NCBI RefSeq assembly: GCF_051668705.1
Contig: NZ_CP196351.1
Location: forward strand, 1,945,900 to 1,977,899
Source of the DNA: Parasphingorhabdus sp. DH2-15
GTDB taxonomy: Bacteria; Pseudomonadota; Alphaproteobacteria; Sphingomonadales; Sphingomonadaceae
Length of the DNA: 32,000 bases
Direction: 5' to 3'
Shown here one piece after another: positions 1-8,696 of this stretch (position 1 is the first letter of the stretch; each line of letters begins with the position of its first letter). The notes beneath the pieces were generated by a model. It saw only the letters and a list, made by a program, of their open reading frames with translations. It was not told where the DNA came from and did no database searches. The position numbers and the translations under genes were made by a program.

Positions 1-90
1 ATGCCCTTCGACAGGCTCAGGGCTGGCGGGATTTGGTCACATGCCCGAAACGCAAACCGCTAGTGGTGAGCTTGTCGAACCACGCCTCTC
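1..90. repeat. REP/MITE-like palindromic intergenic element, copy A (may be truncated by the window edge)
   Basis: The left arm gcccTTCGACAgGCTCAgggc (3-23) and right arm gtggTGAGCTTGTCGAAccac (63-83) are inverted repeats. The core 7-19 pairs with 67-79 allowing one G:U pair. The same arms recur at 18835-18957. The element lies just 3' of dinB. Confidence 0.6.
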
Positions 91-112
91 AACCATGCGC
101 TGACCGCGGTGC

Positions 113-1282
113 CTAAAACCCGAAATCCTGTTGCACGGGTTTTTGCACCGCCTGTTTATCGGGCGCATCACCATCGTCATCACCCACCAATGAGGCCAGT
201 GTCAGGCCCAGCAAGCGCACGCCAGCGCGTACCGGGATCAATTGGTCGAGCAGATCATGACCAATAGCGGCAAATTCAGCGCGATCTTGCACAAGGGTTT
301 CCAGCGAGCGTGACCGCGTGACCTGTTGGAAATCGCTATATTTTGCTTTGAGCGTGACGGTGCGGCCCTGCGCTTCATTGCGCTCTATCCGTTCCCAGAC
401 AATGCGGACAATCTCATCCAAAGCGGTGTGCAAGGCTTCGGCCTGGTGGATATCTTCGTTGTATGTTCGCTCCCCGCCCACGGATTTTCGCTGGCGATGC
501 GGTTTGACCGGGCGGTTATCAATACCGCGCGCCGCGTGGTATAAATAGCCAGCAAATTTGCCGAAATGCTCTTGCAAAAAATCCAGCGATTGCGCGCGAA
601 TATCTGCCCCTGTCGCAATGCCCAGCGCCGCCATCTTTTCACCAGTGCGCGGGCCGACACCATGGAAACGGCGCACCGCAAGCCCCGCCACAAAATCCAG
701 CCCCTGTTCCGGGCGAATGACGCACATGCCATCAGGCTTATTCTGGTCAGAGGCTATTTTGGCGATGAATTTGTTATACGATACCCCCGCACTGGCCGTC
801 AGACCGGTTTCTGCGCGAATATCATCGCGGATCATCTGCGCAATGCTTGTTGCCAGACCAATGCCCTGTTTATCCTGCGTGACATCCAGATAAGCCTCGT
901 CCAATGATAATGGCTCAACCAGATCTGTATGGCGATGGAAAATCTCGCGTATCTGGCCCGACACTTGTTTGTACACGTCAAAGCGATGTTTCACGAAAAT
1001 TAGATCGGGACAGCGCCGCGCTGCAGTGACCGAAGGCATGGCGGACTTTACGCCGAATTTGCGTGCCTCATAGCTGGCTGCAGCAACCACACCGCGCTTT
1101 GACGATCCGCCCACAGCGACAGGCTTACCCCGTAATTCAGGATGATCGCGCTGTTCGACACTGGCAAAAAAGGCATCCATATCAACATGGATAATCTTGC
1201 GAGCAGAGGGCGCGGCATCATCCTCAATGGCTTCACCATCACCACCATTCGCCAATTCATGATCATTTACCGAGCCTGCCAT
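113..1282 (-). CDS. dinB: DNA polymerase IV (Y-family translesion polymerase)
   Basis: ORF 113..1414 trimmed to the ATG at 1282 (MAGSVND...). It has the Y-family motifs HVDMDAFFASVEQRD and SLDEAYLDVT. The C-terminus QQDFGF resembles a beta-clamp-binding peptide. An acidic N-terminal extension of about 30 aa precedes the conserved RKIIHVDMD. Confidence 0.92.
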   Translation of the reverse strand: MAGSVNDHELANGGDGEAIEDDAAPSARKIIHVDMDAFFASVEQRDHPELRGKPVAVGGSSKRGVVAAASYEARKFGVKSAMPSVTAARRCPDLIFVKHRFDVYKQVSGQIREIFHRHTDLVEPLSLDEAYLDVTQDKQGIGLATSIAQMIRDDIRAETGLTASAGVSYNKFIAKIASDQNKPDGMCVIRPEQGLDFVAGLAVRRFHGVGPRTGEKMAALGIATGADIRAQSLDFLQEHFGKFAGYLYHAARGIDNRPVKPHRQRKSVGGERTYNEDIHQAEALHTALDEIVRIVWERIERNEAQGRTVTLKAKYSDFQQVTRSRSLETLVQDRAEFAAIGHDLLDQLIPVRAGVRLLGLTLASLVGDDDGDAPDKQAVQKPVQQDFGF

Positions 1283-1347
1283 TATTACCAGATATGCCCT
1301 GTATAAATAAATGGCAATTGCTACCATCTGTCCCCATAGGAACCGGC

Positions 1348-2577
1348 ATGCACAAAGATATAACCAAAAGTGCTGGCCCTGGCCCGCGCGAATTTGTCGC
1401 AATGATGGCAGCAATGATGGCGCTTAATGCACTGGCCATTGATGCCATGCTGCCTGCCTTTCCCGCCATCGGCGCGGCTTTTGATGTGGCACAGGCAAAT
1501 GACCGGCAATATGTCATTTCGGTCTATCTCGCCGCTATGGGCATTGGCTCGCTGGTCTATGGCCCTTTATCAGACCGTTATGGCCGCCGCCCGATATTGT
1601 TTCTTGGTATCGGTATTTATGTCGTTTTCGCACTGCTATGCGCCTTATCGACCAGCTTCCCGATGCTTTTGGCCCTGCGCTTTGCTCAGGGCTTTGGCAC
1701 TGCCGCCATTGGCGTGTTGACCACCTCTATTGTGCGTGACCGGTTTGTTGGCGATGAAATGGCCAAAATCATGTCGATGATCTTTATCGTCTTCATGGCC
1801 ATGCCGGTTGTCGCGCCCAGCATAGGCCAGGCCATCTTATATGTGGCGGGGTGGCGCTGGATTTTCGGGGCATTTGCGATTGCCGGCGGCATAGTGATGC
1901 TGTGGGGCTGGATACGCCTGCCGGAAACGCGGGATGCAGACAGCGTCAGACCCATGGCTATTAGCGCTCTGACCAAAACATGGGGACGGGTTATCATCCA
2001 CCGCGCAGCAACGGGCTATGTTTTGGGCAGCGGATTGATCTTCGGGGCGTTGTTCGGTTTCCTCAACAGCTCCCAACAGATTTTTGCAGATGTGTTTGAT
2101 GCAGTCGATATCTTTCCCATCGCCTTTGCGGCAGTGGCCATAGGCTTGGCGATTTCCAGCTTCGTTAATTCCCGCATTGTTGAGAGATTTGGCGCACGCC
2201 GCGTTTCGCACAGCGCTTTATTGGCCTTTATCGCGCTCTCACTGGCGCAAATTGCTGCGGCCAGCTTTGCGCCGAGCAATATGCCGCTGTTTCTTTTGCT
2301 GGCCAGTACGAACATGGCCATGATGGGCTTTACCGGCGCAAATTTCTCTTCCATCGCCATGCAGCCTTTTGGCAATGTTGCTGGCTCTGCTTCATCTTTT
2401 CAGACATTTGTGCGCACATTATTGGGGGCCGGTGTCGGGGCGCTGATCGGACAGTTTTTTAATGGCACCGCGATGCCTATGGTCACTGGATTTTTGCTTG
2501 CCGGGTTGGCCGCTTTATTGGCCGTGTCATGGAGCGAACGCGGCATATTGTTTACGCGCCCCAATGCCCCGCAATAA
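1348..2577 (+). CDS. MFS multidrug efflux transporter, Bcr/CflA-like
   Basis: The profile is hydrophobic and multi-TM. The N-terminus REFVAMMAAMMALNALAIDAMLPAFPAIG and the motif GPLSDRYGRRP are typical of the Bcr/CflA subfamily. I moved the start to ATG 1348, which is preceded by AGGAA. The ATG at 1294 would leave only 11 nt to dinB. Confidence 0.8.
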   Translation: MHKDITKSAGPGPREFVAMMAAMMALNALAIDAMLPAFPAIGAAFDVAQANDRQYVISVYLAAMGIGSLVYGPLSDRYGRRPILFLGIGIYVVFALLCALSTSFPMLLALRFAQGFGTAAIGVLTTSIVRDRFVGDEMAKIMSMIFIVFMAMPVVAPSIGQAILYVAGWRWIFGAFAIAGGIVMLWGWIRLPETRDADSVRPMAISALTKTWGRVIIHRAATGYVLGSGLIFGALFGFLNSSQQIFADVFDAVDIFPIAFAAVAIGLAISSFVNSRIVERFGARRVSHSALLAFIALSLAQIAAASFAPSNMPLFLLLASTNMAMMGFTGANFSSIAMQPFGNVAGSASSFQTFVRTLLGAGVGALIGQFFNGTAMPMVTGFLLAGLAALLAVSWSERGILFTRPNAPQ

Positions 2578-2592
2578 CACAGCGGCACGCGC

Positions 2593-2973
2593 CTAACGCT
2601 GCATCAGCATCGGCCCCATACGCTTGCCACCAAACAGATGCACATGCAGATGCGGCACTTCCTGCCCACCATTTGCGCCAATATTGGCCAATAAGCGATA
2701 GCCTGGTGCAACCAGATCATGCGTGCGGGCAACATGGCCAATGGCGCGCACAAATCCGGCAATCTCTTCAGCATCGGCGCGCGCAGAAAAATCATCCCAG
2801 CTGACATAAGCGCCTTTAGGAATGACCAATATGTGCAGCGGCGCCTGCGGATTGATATCATGAAAGGCGAGCGCAAACTCATCTTCATATACCGTCTTAT
2901 TAGGGATTTCCCCGCGCAGGATGGCCGCGAAAATATTGCTGTCATCATAAGGCTGGGTAGCATCAATCGCCAT
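2593..2973 (-). CDS. HIT-family (histidine triad) nucleotide hydrolase/transferase
   Basis: It carries the histidine triad HLHVHLFGG and is 126 aa. It sits downstream of hisE, a position common in Alphaproteobacteria. Confidence 0.88.
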   Translation of the reverse strand: MAIDATQPYDDSNIFAAILRGEIPNKTVYEDEFALAFHDINPQAPLHILVIPKGAYVSWDDFSARADAEEIAGFVRAIGHVARTHDLVAPGYRLLANIGANGGQEVPHLHVHLFGGKRMGPMLMQR

Positions 2974-2997
2974 ATAGTCTCTCCTGCTTATGCGCTG

Positions 2998-3321
2998 TTA
3001 CTTGCTGGTACGACTGGCTTTTTCTTCCAAGCCGGACACGCCCTCACGCCGCGCCAGTTCATTCAGCACATCCTGCCACTCCAGGCCCATATCGGCCAGC
3101 AAAACCAGCAAGTGAAACACCAGATCAGCCGCTTCGCCGGTCATATTCTCAGCATCATCAGCCGTCGCCGCGATAACAGCTTCTACCGCCTCCTCGCCTA
3201 GCTTTTGCGCCATTTTCTGGCGGCCTTTACTGGTCAGGCTGGCGACATAGCTGGAGGATGGATCAGCGCTGCGCCGCTCGGCTATAATCGCTTCCAACTG
3301 GGTGATAATGTCATTGCTCAT
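2998..3321 (-). CDS. hisE: phosphoribosyl-ATP diphosphatase
   Basis: 107 aa. The sequence SYVASLTSKGRQKMAQKLGEEAVEAVIAA...EAADLVFHLLVLL is typical of HisE. It is the last gene of the his cluster. Confidence 0.92.
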   Translation of the reverse strand: MSNDIITQLEAIIAERRSADPSSSYVASLTSKGRQKMAQKLGEEAVEAVIAATADDAENMTGEAADLVFHLLVLLADMGLEWQDVLNELARREGVSGLEEKASRTSK

Positions 3322-3333
3322 AGCGTTGGCCCT

Positions 3334-4119
3334 TCATGCAGCACGTGATATTATAGGGGAACGCACTGCACAGCCAGCAGCAGCAAGTGCGGCATGGGCC
3401 TCAGCTATGCTGGCCTCCCCAAAATGGAAAATGGACGCGGCCAAAACCGCACTCGCGCCGCCTTTGACGGCACCTTCAACCAGATGGTCCAAATTACCGA
3501 CGCCGCCACTGGCGATCACTGGCACATCAAAATTTTTCACCATCGCGTCGATCAGTTCCAGATCATAACCGATACGGGTGCCATCACGGTCCATACTGGT
3601 GACCAGCAATTCGCCCGCACCATTGCGCACCAATGTTTCGGCATGGTCCATCGCATCAATGCCCGTTGGCTTGCGTCCGCCATGGGTGAAGATTTCCCAG
3701 CCGGAGCCATCCGCCCGTGCGCGCGCATCAATAGAGCCAACGATGCACTGGCTGCCAAAGCGGCTAGCAATATCAGCGATCACTTGCGGGTTAGATACGG
3801 CTGCACTGTTCACCGCCACCTTGTCCGCCCCGGCCAATAACAAAGCGCGCGCATCATCTGCACTGCGCACACCGCCGCCAACGGTCAGCGGCATGAAACA
3901 AACCTCCGCCGTGCGCATAACCACATCAATAATCGTATCACGCGCTTCATGGCTAGCGGTGATATCGAGAAAACACAGCTCATCCGCGCCAGCCGCATCA
4001 TAGGCCTGTGCCTGCTCAACCGGATCACCCGCATCGACCAAATCTATAAAATTCACACCCTTGACCACACGGCCATTGGCCACATCAAGACAGGGAATGA
4101 TACGCGTGCGAACGGTCAT
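3334..4119 (-). CDS. hisF: imidazole glycerol phosphate synthase, cyclase subunit
   Basis: RIIPCLDV...[17 protein letters not shown] and VIASGGVG motifs. Its start codon directly abuts the hisA stop (4120). Confidence 0.96.
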   Translation of the reverse strand: MTVRTRIIPCLDVANGRVVKGVNFIDLVDAGDPVEQAQAYDAAGADELCFLDITASHEARDTIIDVVMRTAEVCFMPLTVGGGVRSADDARALLLAGADKVAVNSAAVSNPQVIADIASRFGSQCIVGSIDARARADGSGWEIFTHGGRKPTGIDAMDHAETLVRNGAGELLVTSMDRDGTRIGYDLELIDAMVKNFDVPVIASGGVGNLDHLVEGAVKGGASAVLAASIFHFGEASIAEAHAALAAAGCAVRSPIISRAA

Positions 4120-4845
4120 TTACCTGTTTGCCATCGCTATCGCGGTCGCGAGATCGAGCCGTCCATCATACAGTGCACGGCCAGTGATAACGCCCTCAAT
4201 CCCCTCATTCGCGTGGAGTGAGAGCAAGTGGATGTCATCCAGTCCTTTGACCCCGCCACTGGCAATGACCGGAATATCACAGCGCCGCGCAAGCTCCACC
4301 GTCGCATCAATATTACAGCCTTTCAGCAAGCCATCGCGCCCCACATCGGTAAACAGCAAAGAGGCAACGCCCGCATCCTCAAAGCGGCGGGCCATATCAT
4401 GCACGGAGATATCCGAGACATCAGCCCAGCCCTCAGTCGCGACAAAACCGTCTCGCGCGTCAACGGCGACAACAATGCCGCCTTCAAATGCGCGTGCCAT
4501 ATCGCGGACAAATTCCGGGTCTTTCAATGCCGCCGTACCGATAACAATGCGCGCAACGCCCAGATCAAACCATCCTTCCACCGCCTTGCGATCACGAATG
4601 CCCCCGCCCAGTTGAACATAGCCGGGAAAGGCAGCAATAATGGCTTTCACCGCATCGGCATTGCGCGCTTCACCGGCAAAGGCACCATCCAGATCCACCA
4701 CATGCAAATGTTCTGCCCCTGCTTCGGCAAACAGCAATGCCTGCGCAGCAGGGTTATCACCATAAACGGTGGCGCGCTCCATATCGCCTTCAGCCAGACG
4801 GACAACCTCACCGCCTTTTAAGTCAATTGCGGGGAAAACAATCAT
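4120..4845 (-). CDS. hisA: 1-(5-phosphoribosyl)-5-[(5-phosphoribosylamino)methylideneamino]imidazole-4-carboxamide isomerase
   Basis: MIVFPAIDLKGG and HVVDLDGA motifs. I chose the start at 4845 because it forms an ATGA overlap with the hisH stop (4842-4845). The ATG at 4857 would add MEPD. Confidence 0.94.
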   Translation of the reverse strand: MIVFPAIDLKGGEVVRLAEGDMERATVYGDNPAAQALLFAEAGAEHLHVVDLDGAFAGEARNADAVKAIIAAFPGYVQLGGGIRDRKAVEGWFDLGVARIVIGTAALKDPEFVRDMARAFEGGIVVAVDARDGFVATEGWADVSDISVHDMARRFEDAGVASLLFTDVGRDGLLKGCNIDATVELARRCDIPVIASGGVKGLDDIHLLSLHANEGIEGVITGRALYDGRLDLATAIAMANR

Positions 4846-5459
4846 GTCGGGTTCCATTCAAGAAAGCGGCTCAGCAGATCAAGCCCATAGCTTTGGCTCT
4901 TTTCGGGGTGAAATTGCACGCCAATAATATTGTCTCGGGCAATGGCCGCGGTCAAAGCGCCGCCATGATCCGTCACCGCGGCAACATCGCTTTTGTCGCG
5001 CGCGGCAAAATGATAGCCATGCAGAAAATAGGCTTCACCCGCCACCAGCACCGGATGCTCGGCAACCGGCTCAACATCATTCCAACCCATATGTGGCACC
5101 TTGATATCAGGCGATGGCGCAATGGCGCCGACCGTGCCGCCAATCCAGCCCAGCCCCTTATGCGTGCCATATTCAATTCCGGTATCGGCCAATAGCTGCA
5201 TACCAACACAAATACCCAAAAAAGGCACGGCATCGCTACGTACGCGCTGTTCCAACGCCGCGATCATGCCGTCAATTGCGGCCAGTCCATTATAACATGC
5301 GGCAAATGCGCCAACGCCGGGCAGTATGATACGGTCAGCCGCCATCACAGCTTTGGGATCAGCGGTCACATCAGGGGCCGCACCCACTGCCCGTAAGGCA
5401 TTGTGGACGGAGCGCAAATTGCCCGCGCCATAATCAATAAGAGCGATGCGTTCGCCCAT
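4842..5459 (-). CDS. hisH: imidazole glycerol phosphate synthase, glutamine amidotransferase subunit
   Basis: IALIDYGAGNLRSV, the nucleophile motif ICVGMQ, and QFHPEKS. Confidence 0.96.
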   Translation of the reverse strand: MGERIALIDYGAGNLRSVHNALRAVGAAPDVTADPKAVMAADRIILPGVGAFAACYNGLAAIDGMIAALEQRVRSDAVPFLGICVGMQLLADTGIEYGTHKGLGWIGGTVGAIAPSPDIKVPHMGWNDVEPVAEHPVLVAGEAYFLHGYHFAARDKSDVAAVTDHGGALTAAIARDNIIGVQFHPEKSQSYGLDLLSRFLEWNPT

Positions 5460-5467
5460 ATGCAGCC

Positions 5468-6055
5468 CTACAGCACGCCCTTGGTGCTGGGTATGGCATT
5501 GCCTTTGCGCGGGTCGATATCGACTGCCTGACGCATTGCGCGGGCAAAACCCTTATAAATACTCTCGGCAATATGGTGGTTATTCTGCCCATATAGCAAT
5601 TCGATATGCAGAGTCAGACCCGCCGTTTGCGCAACCGAATGGAACCAATGTTCAATCAGTTCGGTATCCATCTCACCAAGGCGTGGCTGACTGAAAGCGG
5701 CTTTCCACACCAGATAAGGACGCCCGGAAATATCAACGGCAACGCGGCTCAATGTCTCATCCATTGGTGAATAAGCGCTGCCATAGCGCACGATGCCCGC
5801 TTTATCGCCCAATGCCTCCGCTATAGCCTGCCCGATAGCCAGCGCGCTGTCTTCCGTGGTGTGATGCTGGTCAACATGCAAATCGCCTTTGATCTTACAC
5901 GTCAGATCAATTAGCGAATGGCGCGAAAACTGCTCCACCATATGGTCCAGAAAGCCGATGCCAGTGCTGACATCATATTGTCCTGTCCCATCCAGATTGA
6001 CGGCAATCTGAATATCGGTTTCCTTGGTGGTGCGGCTGATAGTGGCTGTTCTCAT
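5468..6055 (-). CDS. hisB: imidazoleglycerol-phosphate dehydratase
   Basis: [16 protein letters not shown] and HHIAES motifs. At 195 aa it is the monofunctional form. Confidence 0.96.
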   Translation of the reverse strand: MRTATISRTTKETDIQIAVNLDGTGQYDVSTGIGFLDHMVEQFSRHSLIDLTCKIKGDLHVDQHHTTEDSALAIGQAIAEALGDKAGIVRYGSAYSPMDETLSRVAVDISGRPYLVWKAAFSQPRLGEMDTELIEHWFHSVAQTAGLTLHIELLYGQNNHHIAESIYKGFARAMRQAVDIDPRKGNAIPSTKGVL

Positions 6056-6164
6056 AAGTGCCTCCTATAATTGCGGAGCATTAAGACGCAAGCCTGTAGA
6101 GAGATTATCGGCAATTGACTGCAATCTTCTTGACCCAGCCGCAACTAGAGTTCATTTTTACATT

Positions 6165-6656
6165 ATGAGCGATGATACACCCGATAGCCTGATTCCTTAT
6201 GACGAAATCGTCCAGAACGCTTTACGCGCGGTTATTGGCCGGGTGCTGCGCACTATTGGCCAGGAAGGTCTGCCTGGTGAGCATCATTTTTATATCACGT
6301 TCAAAACCCATGCACCCGGTGTTTCGATACCCAAGCATTTGATGGAGCGTTTTCCTGACGAGATGACCATCGTCCTGCAAAACAAATATTGGGACCTTAA
6401 AGTGGAGGAAGAGCATTTTTCTGTTGGGCTAAGTTTTAACCAAATACCGGCTGATCTGTTCATTCCTTATGCGGCGGTTACGGCATTTGTTGACCCTGCG
6501 GTGGATTTTGGCCTGCAATTTCAGGCTACAGAGGCAGAGAGCGAACCGGAACCCCATGAAGAGGCCGAAAACGACCATCCAGCGCAAAGCAGTGATGATG
6601 GCAAGAACGGCGGCGACTCCAACGTGGTAACGGTGGATTTCGGTCGCAAAAAGTAA
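6165..6656 (+). CDS. sspB: ClpXP adaptor SspB (alpha-proteobacterial type)
   Basis: ORF 6024..6656 trimmed to ATG 6165 (MSDDTPD...). It has the core YDEIVQNALRAV...HHFYITFKT...IVLQNKYWDLKV. An acidic linker follows, then the extreme C-terminus NVVTVDFGRKK, which resembles the ClpX-binding tail. Confidence 0.8.
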   Translation: MSDDTPDSLIPYDEIVQNALRAVIGRVLRTIGQEGLPGEHHFYITFKTHAPGVSIPKHLMERFPDEMTIVLQNKYWDLKVEEEHFSVGLSFNQIPADLFIPYAAVTAFVDPAVDFGLQFQATEAESEPEPHEEAENDHPAQSSDDGKNGGDSNVVTVDFGRKK

Positions 6657-6671
6657 CGGCTGACACTGCCA

Positions 6672-7130
6672 TTGGCACGCAAACCAACATCTTCCAGCCC
6701 CAAATCGGCACCGCCTGAGAAAAAGTCTCGGCCGCAATCTCTTGCAAATGCTGACAATAAGACCGAAGTGAGCGATGCCCCTAAAAAGGACAAACCCTTA
6801 TTATCTGCGGCTAAGGCGGCTCTTAATGACCCGTTACTGCACAGCCTGGTTTCTGGATTGGTAATTTCAGCCGCTCAGAAACAGGGTGCCAAAAATGGTT
6901 TGAGCAACACCGTCATTGCCTTTGCCTCGACACAGCTAGCGCGCAAATCCATGCCGGGCGCTCTTTTGCTTGGAGCAGGGTTTCTGGCAAAAAACTGGTA
7001 TGACAGCCGTAAGGAAAAATCGGCACAGGCTAATGGCGCAGAGACAGATGCGCCTGATACACAGATAGCGGATAACAGCGATGCCGCCCCCGATGCGAAA
7101 TCTTTAGCAAAGGGTCAGGGCAAGACTTGA
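6672..7130 (+). CDS. hypothetical protein (Lys/Ser/Pro/Ala-rich ends, hydrophobic or amphipathic middle)
   Basis: 152-codon ORF that starts at TTG with no clear Shine-Dalgarno sequence. It fills the whole sspB-gmk gap. I recognise no family. Coding status is uncertain. Confidence 0.4.
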   Translation: MARKPTSSSPKSAPPEKKSRPQSLANADNKTEVSDAPKKDKPLLSAAKAALNDPLLHSLVSGLVISAAQKQGAKNGLSNTVIAFASTQLARKSMPGALLLGAGFLAKNWYDSRKEKSAQANGAETDAPDTQIADNSDAAPDAKSLAKGQGKT

Positions 7131-7139
7131 CCTCACCAT

Positions 7140-7826
7140 ATGGTTGCGGCCAATAGGCTTATGACCAGTAACCCATTATTTAGCGCCATCAATCAGGACG
7201 AGCTACATCGTCGCGGCTTGCTCTTCATCCTGTCATCACCATCGGGCGCAGGCAAATCAACCATCGCCCGTATGATATTGGAAAGTGATGAGGATATCAG
7301 CCTGTCTGTTTCCGTAACAACCCGCCCCCCGCGTGAGGGAGAGCTTGATGGCGTAGACTATCATTTTATAGATGATGCCGAGTTTCAGGCACTTGTTGAT
7401 GACAATGCCTTATTGGAATGGGCCCATGTGTTTGACCATAAATATGGCACCCCGAAATCTGCGATTAAACAGGGCCTGAAAGACGGTAAGGACTTTTTGT
7501 TTGATATTGATTGGCAAGGCACTCAGCAACTTTACCAGCGCGCAGAAGGTGATGTCGTCAGAGTCTTTATCTTGCCCCCGTCCATAGAACAGCTAAATGA
7601 ACGTCTGCGCAAACGCGGAACCGATAGCGAAGAGGTTATCAATCGGCGTATGGCAAAAGCAAAAAGCGAAATCAGCCATTGGGATGGTTATGATTTTGTT
7701 GTCATCAATGATGATGTGGATGCTTGTTTTGATAAGGTCTGCGAGATTTTGCACGCAGAGAGAATGCGCCGTGCACGTCAAACAGGATTGATTGATTTCG
7801 TGCGGGATCTAACTCCGCCAGATTAA
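7140..7826 (+). CDS. gmk: guanylate kinase
   Basis: P-loop SSPSGAGKST, TTRPPREGE and DIDWQG motifs. The start is ambiguous between ATG 7140 and ATG 7161. Confidence 0.94.
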   Translation: MVAANRLMTSNPLFSAINQDELHRRGLLFILSSPSGAGKSTIARMILESDEDISLSVSVTTRPPREGELDGVDYHFIDDAEFQALVDDNALLEWAHVFDHKYGTPKSAIKQGLKDGKDFLFDIDWQGTQQLYQRAEGDVVRVFILPPSIEQLNERLRKRGTDSEEVINRRMAKAKSEISHWDGYDFVVINDDVDACFDKVCEILHAERMRRARQTGLIDFVRDLTPPD

Positions 7827-7891
7827 AGCATTTTGTTGAAAACGCATAATGGCGGAGCGACCAAAGACCGCCCTGCCACATATGTTTCCCA

Positions 7892-8584
7892 TTAACCGCC
7901 GAAGATTTTGCCCAAAGCGCCTTTGCCTTTGTCGAGCGGGTTTTTGCGGAAATTGGCTTCTTCGCGGCCGATATAATTAAATATGCCGTCCATTGCCTGA
8001 TCGGTCACGCTATCGGTTATCCCATCTGCACTAATATCGCCGCCGGCAAGCGACGCCACAGGGCCCAATGACTGCAATTTTGACATTTGGTCATACACGC
8101 CCACTTCGGTCAGCGCGGCCGTGATAAGCGGGCGCATCTTGGTGCGCAATTCTGTGCCCGATGTCGAGCGCAGATAATCTGTTGCAGCGGTCTTGCCGCC
8201 TGTCGCAATGCCAACACCGCTCTGCAATGTCAGGCCATCAATGGCCGAGCGGAATATCGGTTTTGCCTCTTGGGCGGCCAGTCCGGCTGCCTTATTGATA
8301 TTTTTGGTAATATCTTTGGTCAGTCCTGCATTGCTGGTGAAGCGCAGGATTTTGCTCGCTTTTCTGAGCGGGCCGGGAAGCAATACACGCACTGCTTTAT
8401 CATCGTAAAAAGCGCCAGGTGCTGACAATTTGTCCAGTGCGGAATCAGACGCGCCTGCAAGCGCACCCTTTACCGAAAACCCTTGCACAAGCGGGGCAGT
8501 CGCAGCGATCGCAACAGGTTGCAAAGCCAAGCCAGATAGCGCCGTAGCGGTCAAAGAAGCAGTAATCAGGGTGCGTATAATCAT
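7892..8584 (-). CDS. DUF4197 domain-containing secreted protein
   Basis: It has the signal peptide MIIRTLITASLTATALSGLALQPVAIAATA. The body and the C-terminal EEANFRKNP...LGKIFGG match my recollection of DUF4197. I chose the start at 8584 because GAGAGGA lies 6 nt upstream. Confidence 0.7.
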   Translation of the reverse strand: MIIRTLITASLTATALSGLALQPVAIAATAPLVQGFSVKGALAGASDSALDKLSAPGAFYDDKAVRVLLPGPLRKASKILRFTSNAGLTKDITKNINKAAGLAAQEAKPIFRSAIDGLTLQSGVGIATGGKTAATDYLRSTSGTELRTKMRPLITAALTEVGVYDQMSKLQSLGPVASLAGGDISADGITDSVTDQAMDGIFNYIGREEANFRKNPLDKGKGALGKIFGG

Positions 8585-8653
8585 AATAGATCCTCTCATT
8601 TCTTGACCTATTATGCACGATTTTCACGAGATTTGCGATCTTTTAGGCGTAAA

Positions 8654-8676
8654 ATCTCTTTCAAAGCGCCAAAAGC
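8654..8676 (-). terminator. putative intrinsic terminator after the 8697..9404 gene
   Basis: Stem AAAGCGC (8654-8660) pairs with GCGCTTT (8669-8675) around an 8-nt loop. A/T runs flank it on both sides. Confidence 0.4.
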
Positions 8677-8696
8677 AGCGCTTTTATAGCCTCTAA

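Noticed and set aside
1299-1314. CTGTATAAATAAATGG between dinB and the MFS gene, which resembles the E. coli LexA box CTGT-N8-ACAG.
   Set aside because: The right half is ATGG rather than ACAG. The organism also appears to use the alpha-type GAAC-N7-GAAC box seen at recA. This is most likely an AT-rich promoter segment.
1283-1414. N-terminal extensions of several listed ORFs: 113..1414, 6024..6656, 11635..12978, 23409..24953, 28053..28886, 18968..19840 and 16919..18022.
   Set aside because: The extensions are hydrophobic or odd sequence that overlaps neighbouring genes or promoters. Internal ATGs with SD-like sequences give canonical N-termini, so I trimmed the starts instead of calling longer proteins.
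6654-6672. A programmed stop-codon read-through fusing SspB to the downstream ORF as the primary product.
   Set aside because: SspB ends with a C-terminal tail that looks like the functional ClpX-docking peptide and must be terminal. Sharing a frame has a one-in-three chance expectation. I kept it only as a low-interest check.
7851-7872. GGCGG-N12-CCGCC between the convergent gmk and DUF4197 genes as a possible bidirectional terminator.
   Set aside because: It has only a 5-bp stem, a 12-nt loop and no flanking T or A tracts. That is too weak to call.
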